A DNA stretch of 60,610 nt, counting the filler, from Sphacelaria rigidula (lineage: Eukaryota), in the NCBI GenBank assembly GCA_964200075.2. It is 7 parts of 7 records of this genome, joined end to end, with 100 filler letters (N's around TTAATTAATTAA, not from the genome) between each part and the next. Parts side by side here need not be neighbours in the genome. Positions count along the whole stretch, not along the records: positions 8,675 to 17,248 come from CAXNAA020010736.1; positions 17,349 to 25,922 come from CAXNAA020010737.1; 5 more parts are not named here. One strand, given 5' to 3'. Below the pieces are notes generated by a model. That model ran no database searches. It saw nothing but the letters and a program-made list of their open reading frames with translations, and had not been told where the DNA came from. The translations under genes and the position numbers were made by a program. This document shows, in pieces, positions 11,306 to 23,820 of this stretch. Numbering within the stretch: position 1 is the stretch's first letter; each line of letters opens with the position of its first letter.

Positions 11306-12859
11306 TAGCCAAGAGAGGAACCCCGGAAGGAACCGTCCCAGGACCTTACGTTTTGCGAAACTACATGCGCGCCTCAAATACGTCGCTGCCACGGTGAAGA
11401 ATCAAGGAACGTCTTCTAGGTGAAATTGACTGTTTAGCGTGTTTCCTGCATCGTAAGGATTAGGCTAATATCCCGCGTGTCGCAGGCCAATTTATCCCGA
11501 AGGGGAAGTTCGTCTGGCATGCTTTTTGACACCGCATTCATGCTCAATTTCTGTCATTTGTATCGCCACCTTGATATACCGGATCGACTGAACAGATTTC
11601 GCTGGATGGGAAGTATCGCAACCACAACCACGCTTCCCACTTCACCAACGCCATTTGTGCCGTGAAACGCCTGTGGACTTCAGAGAGATGAGGGACACCG
11701 ACATCGACCACATCACCTGCGGACGTCACGTGGCAGCAGGTACCCCTGAGATCCGTGTGCGCCCTTACCCGTAACGAGGGCGATTTACAGACTCACGGCA
11801 CGTCGGCGGACCGGTACGAGCGCCTGGCCTTTCTGCAACTAACGAAGAGGAAAACATCGACGAAAACCTCCGCCGCACCAAGTGCTTCTCGTGTACGAGC
11901 CGACGGAGCACTCGTAGCGTCGCTTTTACTGAAACCCTCGACGGCCGGGCTTCGTGCCTTTGGCTTATGTATATGGGGGTAATGTAGCTGACAACGCGAC
12001 TCCCGAAAGAACAGCAAGAACAACGCCGTATATAACACGAAGATAATTATAGTCAAGTGAACACTCTCACTAGTCCGCCTCCGATTTTTGTGTACGCGCG
12101 TGTAAAGGAGACACCTGACCTCCTTGTGAATTTCGGCTGCATGCACCATGTATGAACCAGAAATACACTGAGTATAGGAATTGCATCACTGCGGCTGCAA
12201 ATGCGATCAAAATGGTCGCCATTTTTTTTTCACGGGGGACAAACGAGTGCTTCCCCTCGCTCTGCTGCGCGTCTCCCCCCCTTCTAAACTTCCACTTGTG
12301 CCAACATCCACCGAGTTCGACACGCCGGCAAATGGTTGTCATCACCCACCGTGCTCCCAAAGGCGAGCTACCAATATGTACCCGACCTAGCTACGCCCAC
12401 TTTCAGATCCCATGAGTCCTGCAATCAATCAGTACTTGCACAGGTCCCGAACCGTCTCGGCCGGGATTGCCGCTTTACCCTTGCCGGTGAGCATGTCCAT
12501 TGCGGCTCCCGGTCTAAATCTTATTTCCTGATGCAGTGCACTCGATGTCCTCAGCGGCCTCGTAATAAAGCTAACTACGGAGCTTCGCCGCGACGCAGTA
12601 CCCGACTTTCCCCACCGCTCTCCTGCTTGGCGAGGACATCTTGTACAAGTCACGCGTGAGCAGGGGAAAGGGGAGAGATAAATGCACGTGCGTATAAGGT
12701 CGCCGTCTTGTGTATTGGTGTTAGCGGTCAACTATGATACGCGGCAACGGGTGGATATCATTGCGAGTGCATGGCTTCGTCTGCTTTCTTGTCAACAGTG
12801 GATTGGGTGAGGGGCGAACGTAGCTGCAATTGACGCGTGGAAACTAACCCACGCTCAGA

Positions 12860-13780
12860 CCACGGATATAACGCAGCTTACAAGTTGAGGATGTGTTCTT
12901 GTCTGAGGATGAGCCTTGAGAATCTTCATGAGCATCGAAATGTTTTCGGAAACAGATGCGAACGCGCTCTCTGGTCGTGAGGTGTGGTCTTGCCCATGCT
13001 GAAAAAGAAACATCCATCCCGAACGAAGACTCAATAGTTGTGGACAGAGGATCACGACGAATAAGAAAAATCGTGGTGTACGGGAATGGGCTGAGGTCAG
13101 AATGGTGTGGTGTATGACCGACTTTCGCGGTTACTTCTTTTTCTTGGGGCGTGTTTTTAATTTTCGAACACTTGGCATGTTTTTTTGGCCCCCGAGCAGC
13201 GAATATCGCCGGCACATGTCTTGGACACCTTACATGACCCCAACGAGAGGACTCCAGCCCACTTTTCCAACTCGCTTGGCTCCGAGGTTTCGAGCAAAGC
13301 CTCTGAATGATAATACAGCTGGACAAAACAAAAAGCGGTTTTCAGGTTTTTTCATTACAACATACCTGATTACACCGCATTTCATGTGCAGCTGTATTTT
13401 TCAGAGGCCATTCTCGAAGCCTCGGAGCCAAGCAAATCGGGAACGTGGGCTGGATCCCTCTCGGTGGGGTGATGGAGAATGACCGAGACATGTGTTGGCG
13501 ATATTCCCTGTTCGGGGGCAAAGAAACGTGTCAAATGCCCTGAAGCTGAGAAGACGGCCCCCGAAAGTAAAAACAACCATAACAAACGCTCTCAACACGA
13601 TGTATGTCATATATTGCGACTGGCTTTTTTTTAGGATGAGCGAGACCACAGATCACGGCTGGAGAGTGCATTTGAATTTCTTATCCGAAAATAACTCCAC
13701 GTTCATGAAGGTTCTCGGGGTTTATCGTAAAAAAACAACGCATCCCCAACTTGTGAAATCCCACGTTATTTGGCAAACGA
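12860..13780. mobile_element. Foldback element, copy 2 (extended arms)
   Basis: Core palindrome at 13150-13570, plus outer arms 12866-13015 and 13620-13770 that are degenerate reverse complements (acaagttgaggatgtgtt / aacgcatccccaacttgt; tgtggtcttgcccatgct / aggatgagcgagaccaca). Confidence 0.72.
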
Positions 13781-15536
13781 AATCCGGATCAAGTGCAACT
13801 TAGCACACCAGCCGATTACAACATACGGCGATGAAGTCGTTGGTTTTGGTATATGTAAAACTTAATCCTTGTTCATTTCGTTGCGCGCCAGCTACACTCG
13901 GTCCAGGAAAACGTTGGCTCGACTTATACAGCAGCGGGAGACCCAGTAGCTCGTTAAACCTGTTTGCACAACCACTGCAAGAGCGTGTGATATGCCAAGC
14001 AAACTCAGCACGTGAATTGCTCGGCATATCTCACCCTACCGCCCCGGCGGACGTGTTTTTAAGCTCCAATTCTTGTCGGATCACCAAGGAATCGCACGTA
14101 CTATATGGCAGCTCTGAAAACTTCCTGCGATCTACGGTAATACTTTGTTTGAGGCCGTTTCTCATGACGAAAAAACGCCGCCCTGAAAAAGAAATGGTGA
14201 AGTTTAGTTGGCCCGAGAATATTCCTGGTCACGTATTTGGCCACATCTTATGGCAATGAGAAAAGACCCGACGCCTTCGAGAGGGATTTTAGGTGAGTTT
14301 CAGATACAAATCTCGATGTGCGAGCGCGATCACGCAAGTACAACCGTCCACAACGGCAGCATCCAATGCCCGGAACAACAGTGTATCGGTTAGAGAACGG
14401 CATGCGGTTGAGGACTGCGGCTTTGCTATTACAGCAGACAAACATATATACGGTGAACACGCGAGGGAGGAAGTGAAAATGTGAAACAAACGAACCGTGT
14501 CAGTATGTATGGCGATTTTTGAATGAGGAATTGATAAGCCGGTTGGGATGCACGGGTCTACGAGAGTGGCGGGCCAGACAGTAAAATATATGAACATCAT
14601 TTTAGAGAGTACGGATAGCATCGTGAGTGCGCTACATGAGTACGTTTCTGTTGTCTTCCGCAATATGCAGTACCGTACGAACACTTGCTCTACTGTACAC
14701 TGAGAGGTGCCTACTGCGGATGTGACTGTACAGACTGCACTGTAATCTGTGCAACAGACAGCAGACAACAGTCCTACTGTGGTATCTATCAACTACTGCA
14801 CGTACTGTACAGTGCTCGTGTTCTCTCTCACAGTCGATGACTAGTATGATACAAGAACACTGCTACTGTCGTCTGGAAAGTCTGTACAGACAGCAGCAGC
14901 AGTTGCACCACGTACTGTAGAACGGTGCAGTAGTATAATAGGGCACCGCCTCTCGATAGCAAGTAGCTGTTCCATGCAGAGTCGTCGGTATCTCGAGAAA
15001 GCATACATGCAATCAAGCATGGGCAGTGCTTCGCTGGCCGCCAGCATCATGACTTTCAGGTTCGTCACAGAGGCCAACCCCACAGCCATGAGTATGCCGT
15101 CATCGGACGAGTCGCCGTCTTTGGCTACATCTCTTTCCTTGCGCTGACAACTGAAGTGTGCGCGAAATTCCGGCTGCACAAGAGCCGTAGTACGGGTGGT
15201 GTCCAGGGAACACGTTTTCTGCCAAGACGATTTTTGTGTGGGTGCAGGGGGCAGCGAAAACCAAATTCTGGACATATAGACCCCACTATCGAAAATTTGT
15301 GTTTTTGAGGGGGGGGGGACACCCAGCCGTGTCCCCTGCTTTATTGCCGAAGCGTTGGAGGATGCAGTCAGCTGCCGTGGATAGTAGAGATCCTTATATA
15401 TATAACATAATATATTATACAGAATATATATGCTTCTGCTCCTTAATACATACTATTCTATATATTATATAATATATATGCTCCATATATCATATGTTAT
15501 TTGTTTAAATAATAGATATAAATATATAGGAAGGAA

Positions 15537-15878
15537 CAGAAGCAGCTATACAAACCCTAGGAAGCCCACCAGACTTTTCGGGTTTTATTCATGTTCATCG
15601 ATCAATTTCTTGAAAACAGGTTAACGAAAAATATCGAAAAAATCATGACAGTTTTCGAAAAACTGCCCTCCAGCATCTGAAGTCAAGAAGCAGATATACA
15701 AATCCCGCAAAAATCTACCAGACCTTTCGACGGCTTTTGTCATTGTTTATTGATCAATTTCTTGTAACAAAATCAACAAAAAAATTCACAAACGTGTTTA
15801 TGGATCAATTTCTGGATCAATTTCTTGCAACAAAGTTGACAAAAAAAATCATGACAATTTTCGAAAAAATGCCCTCCA
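15537..15878 (+). repeat. Degenerate direct repeat (two copies) next to a TA-rich low-complexity tract
   Basis: gaagcagctatacaaa...atcatgacagttttcgaaaaactgccctccag at 15537-15673, repeated at 15685-15878. Confidence 0.7.
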
Positions 15879-17248
15879 GGGGGGGGGGGGGCTACATGTC
15901 CGAAAATATTCTGCGCGCTGTCCTCTGGTGGGTGTGACAAAAACCCATGCATGTTTGTCTGGGAACGTCAATTTTCGGTTTCAACGAGAGCTTGGGAGTT
16001 CTTCCGGGCAATATTTCCCCCCCTATAGTAGTGCTCAGACAACAATTCTGAACTCAAAGTGGCGGAATAGATTTCATTTTGGCGATGAATGTTGCCATAA
16101 GAAGCGGTCTGTCATGCTTTTACTGCTATGGAAAAGTCGAGTAAGAAGTGATTTGTGTATCATGGTAGAAACAAATGGCGGCACGTTACGCAGTGTACGT
16201 TAAAATAGTGATATCCCACTTGTTGCATACGTAGAGCCGTTGCGTCACACAGCACGGGCTACAAACCGTATGAACAAAAAGCAGTCCATCCCTTACTCCC
16301 CTGATGCACTCTGTCGCGACAGACCCTATAGAACACTGATTCAGTAGTGATCCTGCCAGCTCCATTTGACACTACTGCTCTATCATGTGTAGACCGAAGT
16401 ACTCGCTGCTGCTTGTTGCCTCCTTACCTGCATGTTGACTTCGCCAAGGATGTGAACTTGGTCGTCTACAAGTAGTCGCCGCGTCCTTGCCTTTGTTCCT
16501 TCCAGGTGACAGGAGGCGAATCGTGTGCGTCCCCCGCCTCAGTCGCCTCACTGCCAATTTCCTCGCCTTGTCCTGGACCGTTCATGGCTCGCTGAGGGCG
16601 TACTGCCGAATCTCGATGACTGCTGTCAGGTCCGCTATATTGCTGGAATTGTCCCCAGCAACTCCTCGAGCTCTCCCCCGTCGGGGTCGAAAAAGATGTC
16701 AGAGGCGTCCTCACCTGCGGCGGCGGCACCGTGTGGCCGGGCAGTCATGGAAGACGTCTAAGACGCCATAGCCACACCACCGACGGGAGGATGTACCACA
16801 CCATCCCGGGGATGGTGTGTTTTGGTCTTCTGCTCGTGCTGCTGCTGCTGCGCCATATTCTTACGGGCCTCCTCTGCAACATTATTATAGTATCGCCGGG
16901 CCCAGCAGCACCATCGGCAGCTGTGCGGGGGTGTTTGGCGTTCGGGCTGCCGCAGTTGTCCACTAGGGCTGTCCTTTCAGGTTGTTCGATGTTTAATCTT
17001 ACCCTAGAGCAGTAACACGGGGCTGTTGGATGATATTCGCCGTACGGTGTAACCTCCTCTATCTCTGCGTGCGTGTTATGGCCTTACGCCCTCCCCCCTG
17101 AATAACGCATCGATTTGACAGTTTCAAACCAAAAAAAATGTTCCCTCTCAACAACCACTTTCCCCCACCCACTGCGGAACACTAGTCGGGGGAGAGGACC
17201 CAGGGCCAGGGTGCCCGGAACAAAACTGGATGAGGTGCCTGAGGGACG

Positions 17249-17348
17249 NNNNNNNNNNNNNNNNNNNNNNNNNNNNNNNNNNNNNNNNNNNNTTAATTAA
17301 TTAANNNNNNNNNNNNNNNNNNNNNNNNNNNNNNNNNNNNNNNNNNNN
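17249..17348. other. Artificial contig linker
   Basis: N44-TTAATTAATTAA-N44. Confidence 0.98.
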
Positions 17349-17407
17349 GGGATGCGAGGTCAATGGTCTGATGACTATGGCAAGCATGATCATGAGTACA
17401 CCCCCCT
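17349..17407 (+). repeat. Right terminus of G/C-tract-ended MITE-like family
   Basis: gggatgcgaggtcaatggtctgatgactatggcaagcatgatcatgagtacacccccc; also at 52055 and 54985, and reverse-complemented at 23522. Confidence 0.78.
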
Positions 17408-19269
17408 CAGCCTTCCCGTTGCCCCCGCTGCAAATAAGAAGGGAAAAAACAAGGAAAACGTTTTGTGCAGCAGACGACGAGAGTCACCATCTTCTTTATC
17501 CTACCATCTTTTCTCACCCTAGCCCCTCTGATGTGCGCCGACACGTAGTCGGCTTGATGGCAGAAGGCTTCGCCTTTATCCACAGGGCTCTCCAGGTGCC
17601 AGGAGACGAGCTTCATCAAGGCAGACGTCCCACTCTGTGAGCAAGGAAACAACCAGGTTGCGGCTCAGCTACGGGTACATGGGGGGGGGGGGCGCACGAC
17701 CCAGCTCTGCAGATGCGAGACACAGAACACTGCGGTACATCACCATGGTTTATAAATAAAAAAGAGAAGGAGAGGAAGGAGGGAAGGAAGGGAGGGAGGA
17801 AGGGAGCAGGGCAAGCGAAAAGAACGTCCAAAATCGCTTCAGAACTGTCCCGGAGCAGATGTCAAACAACCGGTGACATTTTTGTGTGCAAGAAAGCCAC
17901 CACCACTCTGAAATTGTGACCCTCGGCAACGATCGTTCCAGTAGAAATTTCCGGCCGACGGTCTCGCGGAACAACTCTTTAGGAAAGCGGGGTGATCTAA
18001 TGGTTGGTGTATTCGGATGATGTGGGCATGTCAAGACCGAAGTGGACTACGTAGACGTTTTACTTGTTATTAGAATGGGTTTACACACTGATACCGAAAT
18101 CGAGCAGAAGGTTTCAAAAACATGCATCCGACAGCACAATTGGTCATCCTCCGCTGCCCAGTGCCACAGCAACCGGGGGGCTTGAGTGAAGGGGTACCGA
18201 CTCGCTAGATCGTGGGGGAGCCGTTGAATTGTTGCCATGACAGCGCAAAAACATACGTGCAAACACTCAAATTTTGTAGCGTGGTGTGTGGGTTCGTGGG
18301 CTGATGAGTAGTATGGCACCGTACAGTACGGTGCAGTACAGTGCAAGTACAACAGTAGCTGCTATTATAGGGGGTATTATTTACTAGCCTTCTGTGAAAA
18401 AAAAATCGGAACAAAATCTGACTTATTGTCGCCCCCTTGGGTGGTTGGTGCTGCAACACTCAACACCCGATTCAGCGATATGGACTTGTTGGCTGTGCTT
18501 CACATGACATGTAGCCGAAGTTTCAGCGTGTGTTGCAGCGCCGACTGCGCACGTAGGTACGGTCGTCCCTCCCGAAGCGAGAACCTCTACAGGCGTTATT
18601 ATGTGAATGTGACTGAGTTTCGTACAGATAGTCATCATGCACAGGGTATCTCAGTGCAAATCGATGTTGTTTGCCAGCCAGCACAGCGACCGCCAAGTTG
18701 CTGCACACGGTGTGAAAGCTTTTGGGTTCACCAGCGTATCGAATATATGCATCAAGGGTTGGTGCAAGATCTTTGGTCTGCAGGGAAGCCGTGCGTATTG
18801 ACGGTACAATATCATCAAAAATCGTTGATCGCTGCGCTGCTGTTTTGCGCATTGTCCGAACGTGCCGCAGATTGGCGCACATGCTACTTGTCTAGTGTCA
18901 AACTAGTATGCCAACTTTCCCGGCTGGTTATTCACTCACGGTGGACAATTTCACAAGCAAGGTTACCGATAAAAGTTGCTATGATCTTTTCTCGCGCACT
19001 CACACACATATTTTCGTTTTGTATTTTGGCGTAGGACTGTAATTGGTCTATTTTCCCCCCGAAATCTTGGAATTTTTCGGCACAGGAATCCTCCGAAATA
19101 TGAGGAAGTACATTTCTCAACTAGGTGAGGCAATAGGTCAGAGACTGACTACAGATTTCTCCGAAAATCAAGCGTCGGAATTTTTATTCAGCAATCTTTT
19201 TCGGAAGTCAGGGGAAAATTCCAATTTTTCCGAAGAAGTGAAGAAAAAAAAAATCAAAGAAAGTACACG

Positions 19270-19745
19270 ATGAGATCGTGTTTTACGGTTGGTATATTTT
19301 TTGTGGGGCCTATGTTCTATTTCTGGGACATTTTACGCGGTTTTTGGACCCTAAACAGGGGATATCGTCATCACACCGCTTCGACACTTCGCATCGCCCC
19401 ACCGAGAAAGGCCTACCCCACTTTTCAGATTCGCCTGACTCCGAGGTTCCGAGAATGGTCTCTGCACAACAATATGACTGAAAAAACAAAGAAACGGTGC
19501 CTGCAGGTACATCGCTTTCTCCCCCGCCCCAGCATACCTGCAGGCACCGCATTTTATTTATCGGGCCGCAATTTTATTTAGAGACCATTCTCGAAACCTC
19601 GGAACCGGGCGAATCGAAAAAGTGGGGCGATGCAAAGTGTCCAAGACGTGCGATGGCGACATCACCTGTATAAAGTCCCAAAACCGTGTGAGTGTCTAAA
19701 AAAAACGCCTCACGAAAGATATCAACCGTAAGAAACGGTCCAAGG
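19270..19745. mobile_element. Foldback element, copy 3
   Basis: Palindrome centred near 19520: cggtgcctgcaggta / tacctgcaggcaccg; ccgaggttccgagaatggtctc / gagaccattctcgaaacctcgg; ttacggttggtat / atatcaaccgtaa. Confidence 0.78.
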
Positions 19746-20448
19746 TGTATTATCAACCCTTACATCGCGACGGTAGTCCATCTGGATCATGCATGCATAC
19801 GTCTTCCAAGTGAAGTTGATGCCCATGTAACAGATGTCTTACTCTTCGCGCTGTTCAAGAGTTTGCAGAGTTTATTTTTCAGAATTCTCCCCTTTTTTTC
19901 CGAAACATTGAAAATTCTCCGACTTCCTCCCCCCCCCCCCAAGAGTAATTGCTGATGAAAAAAATCCGAAACTATACTTTCGAAGTGATTGTTTGCAGTC
20001 AGTACGGATTAACCCTTTGACTGCGAGCTGTGGTCCATCTGTGAAACATCAACAGTTTTTACCCCCTTCTTCAGGTGTGAGTGACCCAGTGGGACTCCTT
20101 ATAGCTGACTGTGTGACGCGGCTCGCGCCTGCCCGACATGGCTGGAGGACCGACAAATTATTGCTGCGGACTTTTGTCAAAGCACGGAGGCCGCCCAGGT
20201 GGCGAGTACATGACAACACGATATGAACAGAACCACCGATATTACCCGCATGAGACGTCATGCACCCCCGTGCCACCATGTTATCGCTATACATTTAGTA
20301 CACCGGTCACGACACAGTAACCACAAAAACGACAACGAACCGGTCGCCGCTGGAATAAGGAGGGTGGAATGCCACAATACCCTGTTCAACAAGATGTCTG
20401 TGTTCCCCCGGTGCCTCGAGACAGGTGTTGTGAATGGATAATACTCAA

Positions 20449-20757
20449 GTCGGTCGCCCCGGTGGCTCAGTTGGTAACCTCGAAACCTTCTGACGGTTGG
20501 GTCGTGGGTCCGAATCTCGGAGCGATCTAGGATGTTTTCTCACACAATGCCCAACAGTGAAGAGCAACGATGTCGTGGGTACGTAAAACTTGACTTGACG
20601 GTCGACGAGGGAAAGAGATTGCTGAACCCATCTCGCGATAAAAAAGTAATGGCAAGCACTGCAGAAGGAAGTTGGAAAATGAAGAAAAAAAAATCCCCAC
20701 ATATACCGAAAGGTATAAACCGGCGTCCAGAATAGATGGGATGACAACACACACTTC
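20449..20757 (+). mobile_element. tRNA-derived SINE (same family as 8467)
   Basis: cggtcgccccggtggctcagttggtaacc A-box head and degenerate B-box gggtccgaatct; 3' end approximate. Confidence 0.7.
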
Positions 20758-21070
20758 AACCTCCTATGTACAGTCTGCAGCATACCGTCAGTACAACAAG
20801 TTGTCCATCCATGATACAGCCGAGAGGGTCTGGCGCAATAGGGGTCAACCTTGTTGCAAAATTCTAGACGATACAGTCTATAATCATTGTGTTTAAAAGA
20901 AGTCGTTGCAACAAAAGATAGCGGTACAACCTGTTGCGGTTGAACGAAACTACAAACCATGCAATATCGTTTCATTGGTATCTTTTTCACGGAGAGTACC
21001 TCTTTTGTGTCGATTCATGTAGTCTACCTGTTCGAATGACGTTTCAAGTATGATATTGCTGGAGTAGGCG

Positions 21071-21559
21071 TGTTGCCATGATTTGTCAATGAAATATACT
21101 CTAGCAGAGTATTTAGGCCACGTAAGCTGTAAGATATCTTGTGTCTAAGATTGCAGTTGATCTAAGCTAAAGAGCTGGCAAGGCTACCGCGTCAGCAGTA
21201 GTAGCAACGTTGAATTGCAGGATACGATTTGATCCTACGTACGTGTAGAGGTCTTTGCTTCTTGTTCCAGGATTGAGTATGCTTGGATTCGGTGGTCTCT
21301 ACCGCCCTTGCAATCACTCTCCCAAGCTTACTCAGCTCTCCTTCATTTCCTCAGCCCTCTGCTTGCAAAAGAGGCTGCTTGATTTTGTTCGGCCGAAGTG
21401 AAGAGCCCCAAACACCATTTGTCTTTTTACTTTCTGTGTGCTGCAGAAGCAAGCGGTTTGACCACCACTGTGCAACCTCTGCTATACTAGTGTCTCCGTG
21501 ACAACAGTCGATCTTTTTCGAGAACAGTACCGAACACCACGAGCCAAATATTCTCAACA
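21071..21559 (+). mobile_element. Putative 5' LTR of a Ty1/copia retrotransposon
   Basis: TGTTG...CAACA termini, immediately followed by the PBS GGTTATGAGCC and a gag remnant; LTR start inferred from the TGTTG match only. Confidence 0.6.
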
Positions 21560-21570
21560 GGTTATGAGCC
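21560..21570 (+). promoter_or_regulatory. Primer-binding site of the copia half-tRNA-iMet type
   Basis: GGTTATGAGCC directly after CAACA; resembles the GGTTATGGGCCC PBS of Drosophila copia. Confidence 0.7.
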
Positions 21571-21756
21571 TCGATTCGCGACCACGTAGTCCATCAGGTC
21601 ATCAGCCTTCGATTCGAGACTACGACGGTCAGCATGAGCGAGGGGGCGTCACTTCAAGGTTGTCTCAGCAGCGACAACCAGAAGACCAAGAAATCAGATC
21701 ATTTTAAAAGATCTGCACTTGTAAACAGAAAGTTCTACAAATAAAACTTGAGGCAG

Positions 21757-22700
21757 ATGAATATATCGGTAGAGTCATCTGTAACTCAGCTCATCAGGAG
21801 TATCAACAAGTTCGACGGTACGAAGCTCGTCGAGTGGACGCCCTCTACGCGCGCGATGATTTATTTCATTGACTCATCCGGAGATTTCTGATACCCTCAA
21901 CGGGGTTGAACGCCTCACGGAAATTCATGATGAACCGTTTTCTAAGGTAGATCACCCACGACCAGCTGCCAGATCAACATCGAGAACAAGGCCCATTGCG
22001 ACCCGTTCCAGAAGCCATCAGCAGCCGCCCGCTCGTTCGCCTTCACCATCGATGAGGGCAACCGCGAGGAGCAAGGCGACAGCAGCGCCAGGTGATACTG
22101 AAAGTGCTGATGATCAAGCCTAACCTCCTGTTCGAAAGTGTTTGATCATCCCAGCGTGGCGTCACATGTAAGACAAATTCTGAACGCGCGTGACGTAGAA
22201 AACTGGGACCGGCATAACGAACAGTTGTTCAACGTTTCGTATTCGTTGACAACTCGTTCAGCGGCAAGTTAACTCCTGCGTTTTCAGCCGAAGGGTTCAG
22301 AGAAATCAAACAACAAATGTGCGTGGGAAGGCCTGGTGGTGAAATATCATAATTCATCCAAGCAAAGACGCCGCTTACTCATGAGACAAGTGGACAACAT
22401 GACCATGTCGCTAGGGAAAGATCCGGACGTGTTCCTTGCAAAACTACTCCAGCTTCGAGACGAGCCCGTTCACATTGGCGAGCCCATCTCCCATGAAAGA
22501 TTAACTGATATTGTAATCGAAGGTCTAACCAGCGACGACGATCATATAAAACACAACGCCGAACGAGACCCGGACTTCAGCGTCGGAGAGATCGAAAGTC
22601 CTTTGCGCAACATGTGTGCTAACAGAATGGCGCGCAAGTAACAGCGAGAAGATCCCATGGCCGTGATTCATCGATGCTGGCGGCATCAATACCGACTTCT
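21757..22700 (+). pseudogene. Degenerate Ty1/copia gag (frameshifts and stops; pol and 3' LTR absent)
   Basis: INKFDGTKLVEW ... THPEISDTLNG ... WDRHNEQLFN ... AWEGLVVKYHNSSKQRRRLLMRQVDNMTMSLGKDPDVFLAKLLQLRD...IVIEGL; gag_2/UBN2-like pattern. Confidence 0.82.
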
Positions 22701-23519
22701 TCGAATCAGCCAGTCCAACAGTACCCCCCCCTTGAGGGATCCACAATAAGAAAGTGGGTACGTAGGTGTAGAGGAATATATTATCCTGTACCCTTGGGCG
22801 GGCTAGTAATAATAACGCGGTAAACACGAAATAATCTCAACGAAAATGATTGAAAAAATCCGAGCGGTAATTCCGTTTCCATAAGTGTTCTCATGTACGA
22901 CAAAAACTATCATCTGTTGCGCATGGGGTATGACCTACTCTATACTGTACACACCGAACACCACTGTACATGCCCTCTCTTGAGTCATTTTTTGTGAGGG
23001 TTCTTGGATCATGGCACACTCTTACGTATGGAGACTTCTTTTTTTTCCAAAAGTCCTGAGAAACAATACCACGCGTATTGCTATGACGACAGAGAACAAA
23101 GTTTCGGTCGAAAGATCACATCATCTCTCCATTTATTTTCGTTCCCGTTTCACCCACGAGAGAGACTGTCGACGAGAATGATGTTCCGAGACGGGGTCGC
23201 GCAGTAAAAAGGGAGGGTTTTGTTAAACTACTCCTTCATGTGTGTCGGTGTATGTGCGTGTATATGTCTTTCCTGTACCGCTCACCAACACAAGTGCATC
23301 AACCCTGAAACAACGCCATTATTGATAATCGAAATCCGCATTGCAGCGATACGCCCGAAAAAGGTCAAAACGACAATAGGTGAAAATCATGATTTGGTAC
23401 ATGAATGTCGACGGAGTGCAGAAATCATAATCCAATACCCAAGGAGGGGAGACTATCACCCTGACAGTTCAGAGTCGTGACGAGCAATAGGGGTGTTAGC
23501 GGGGAAAGGGGTGGCGGGA

Positions 23520-23820
23520 GGGGGGGGCGTACTCATGATCTTGCATGCCGTAGTCATATGACCATTGACCTCGCATCGCCACGAAGCCGGGACGGAGCAC
23601 CCCGGGTTTTACCGGACCAGGTTCGTTATCATTCACCAAGCGCGGAGCGCCGTAACGTGTTCGGCGAGTCGCATGACGAGTGAGCTGCATCCTGCTAAGA
23701 TTATTCGCCCCAAAGCGCGACTGATTATTTTGCATTTGGATGACAGCCTCCGATGATTTGCTTCATTTTCTGGTATCACCACTTCCAGAGACAGCCACGG
23801 CTTACACACTGCCTCATGGA
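23520..23820 (-). repeat. About 300-bp right arm of G/C-tract-ended MITE-like family
   Basis: Reverse complement aligns by eye to 54733-55043 (ggaggctgtcatccaaatgcaa, atcttagcagg, catgcgactcgccgaac, gctccgtcccggct). Confidence 0.8.

Noticed and set aside
10440..11729. Extension of the decayed minus ORF through 11729
   Set aside because: The interval has many stops and crosses the foldback element at 10885-11305, so the shared frame is probably chance.
16500..16570. DnaJ J-domain (KLAVRRLRRGTH)
   Set aside because: The HPD motif is absent and the similarity is too short.
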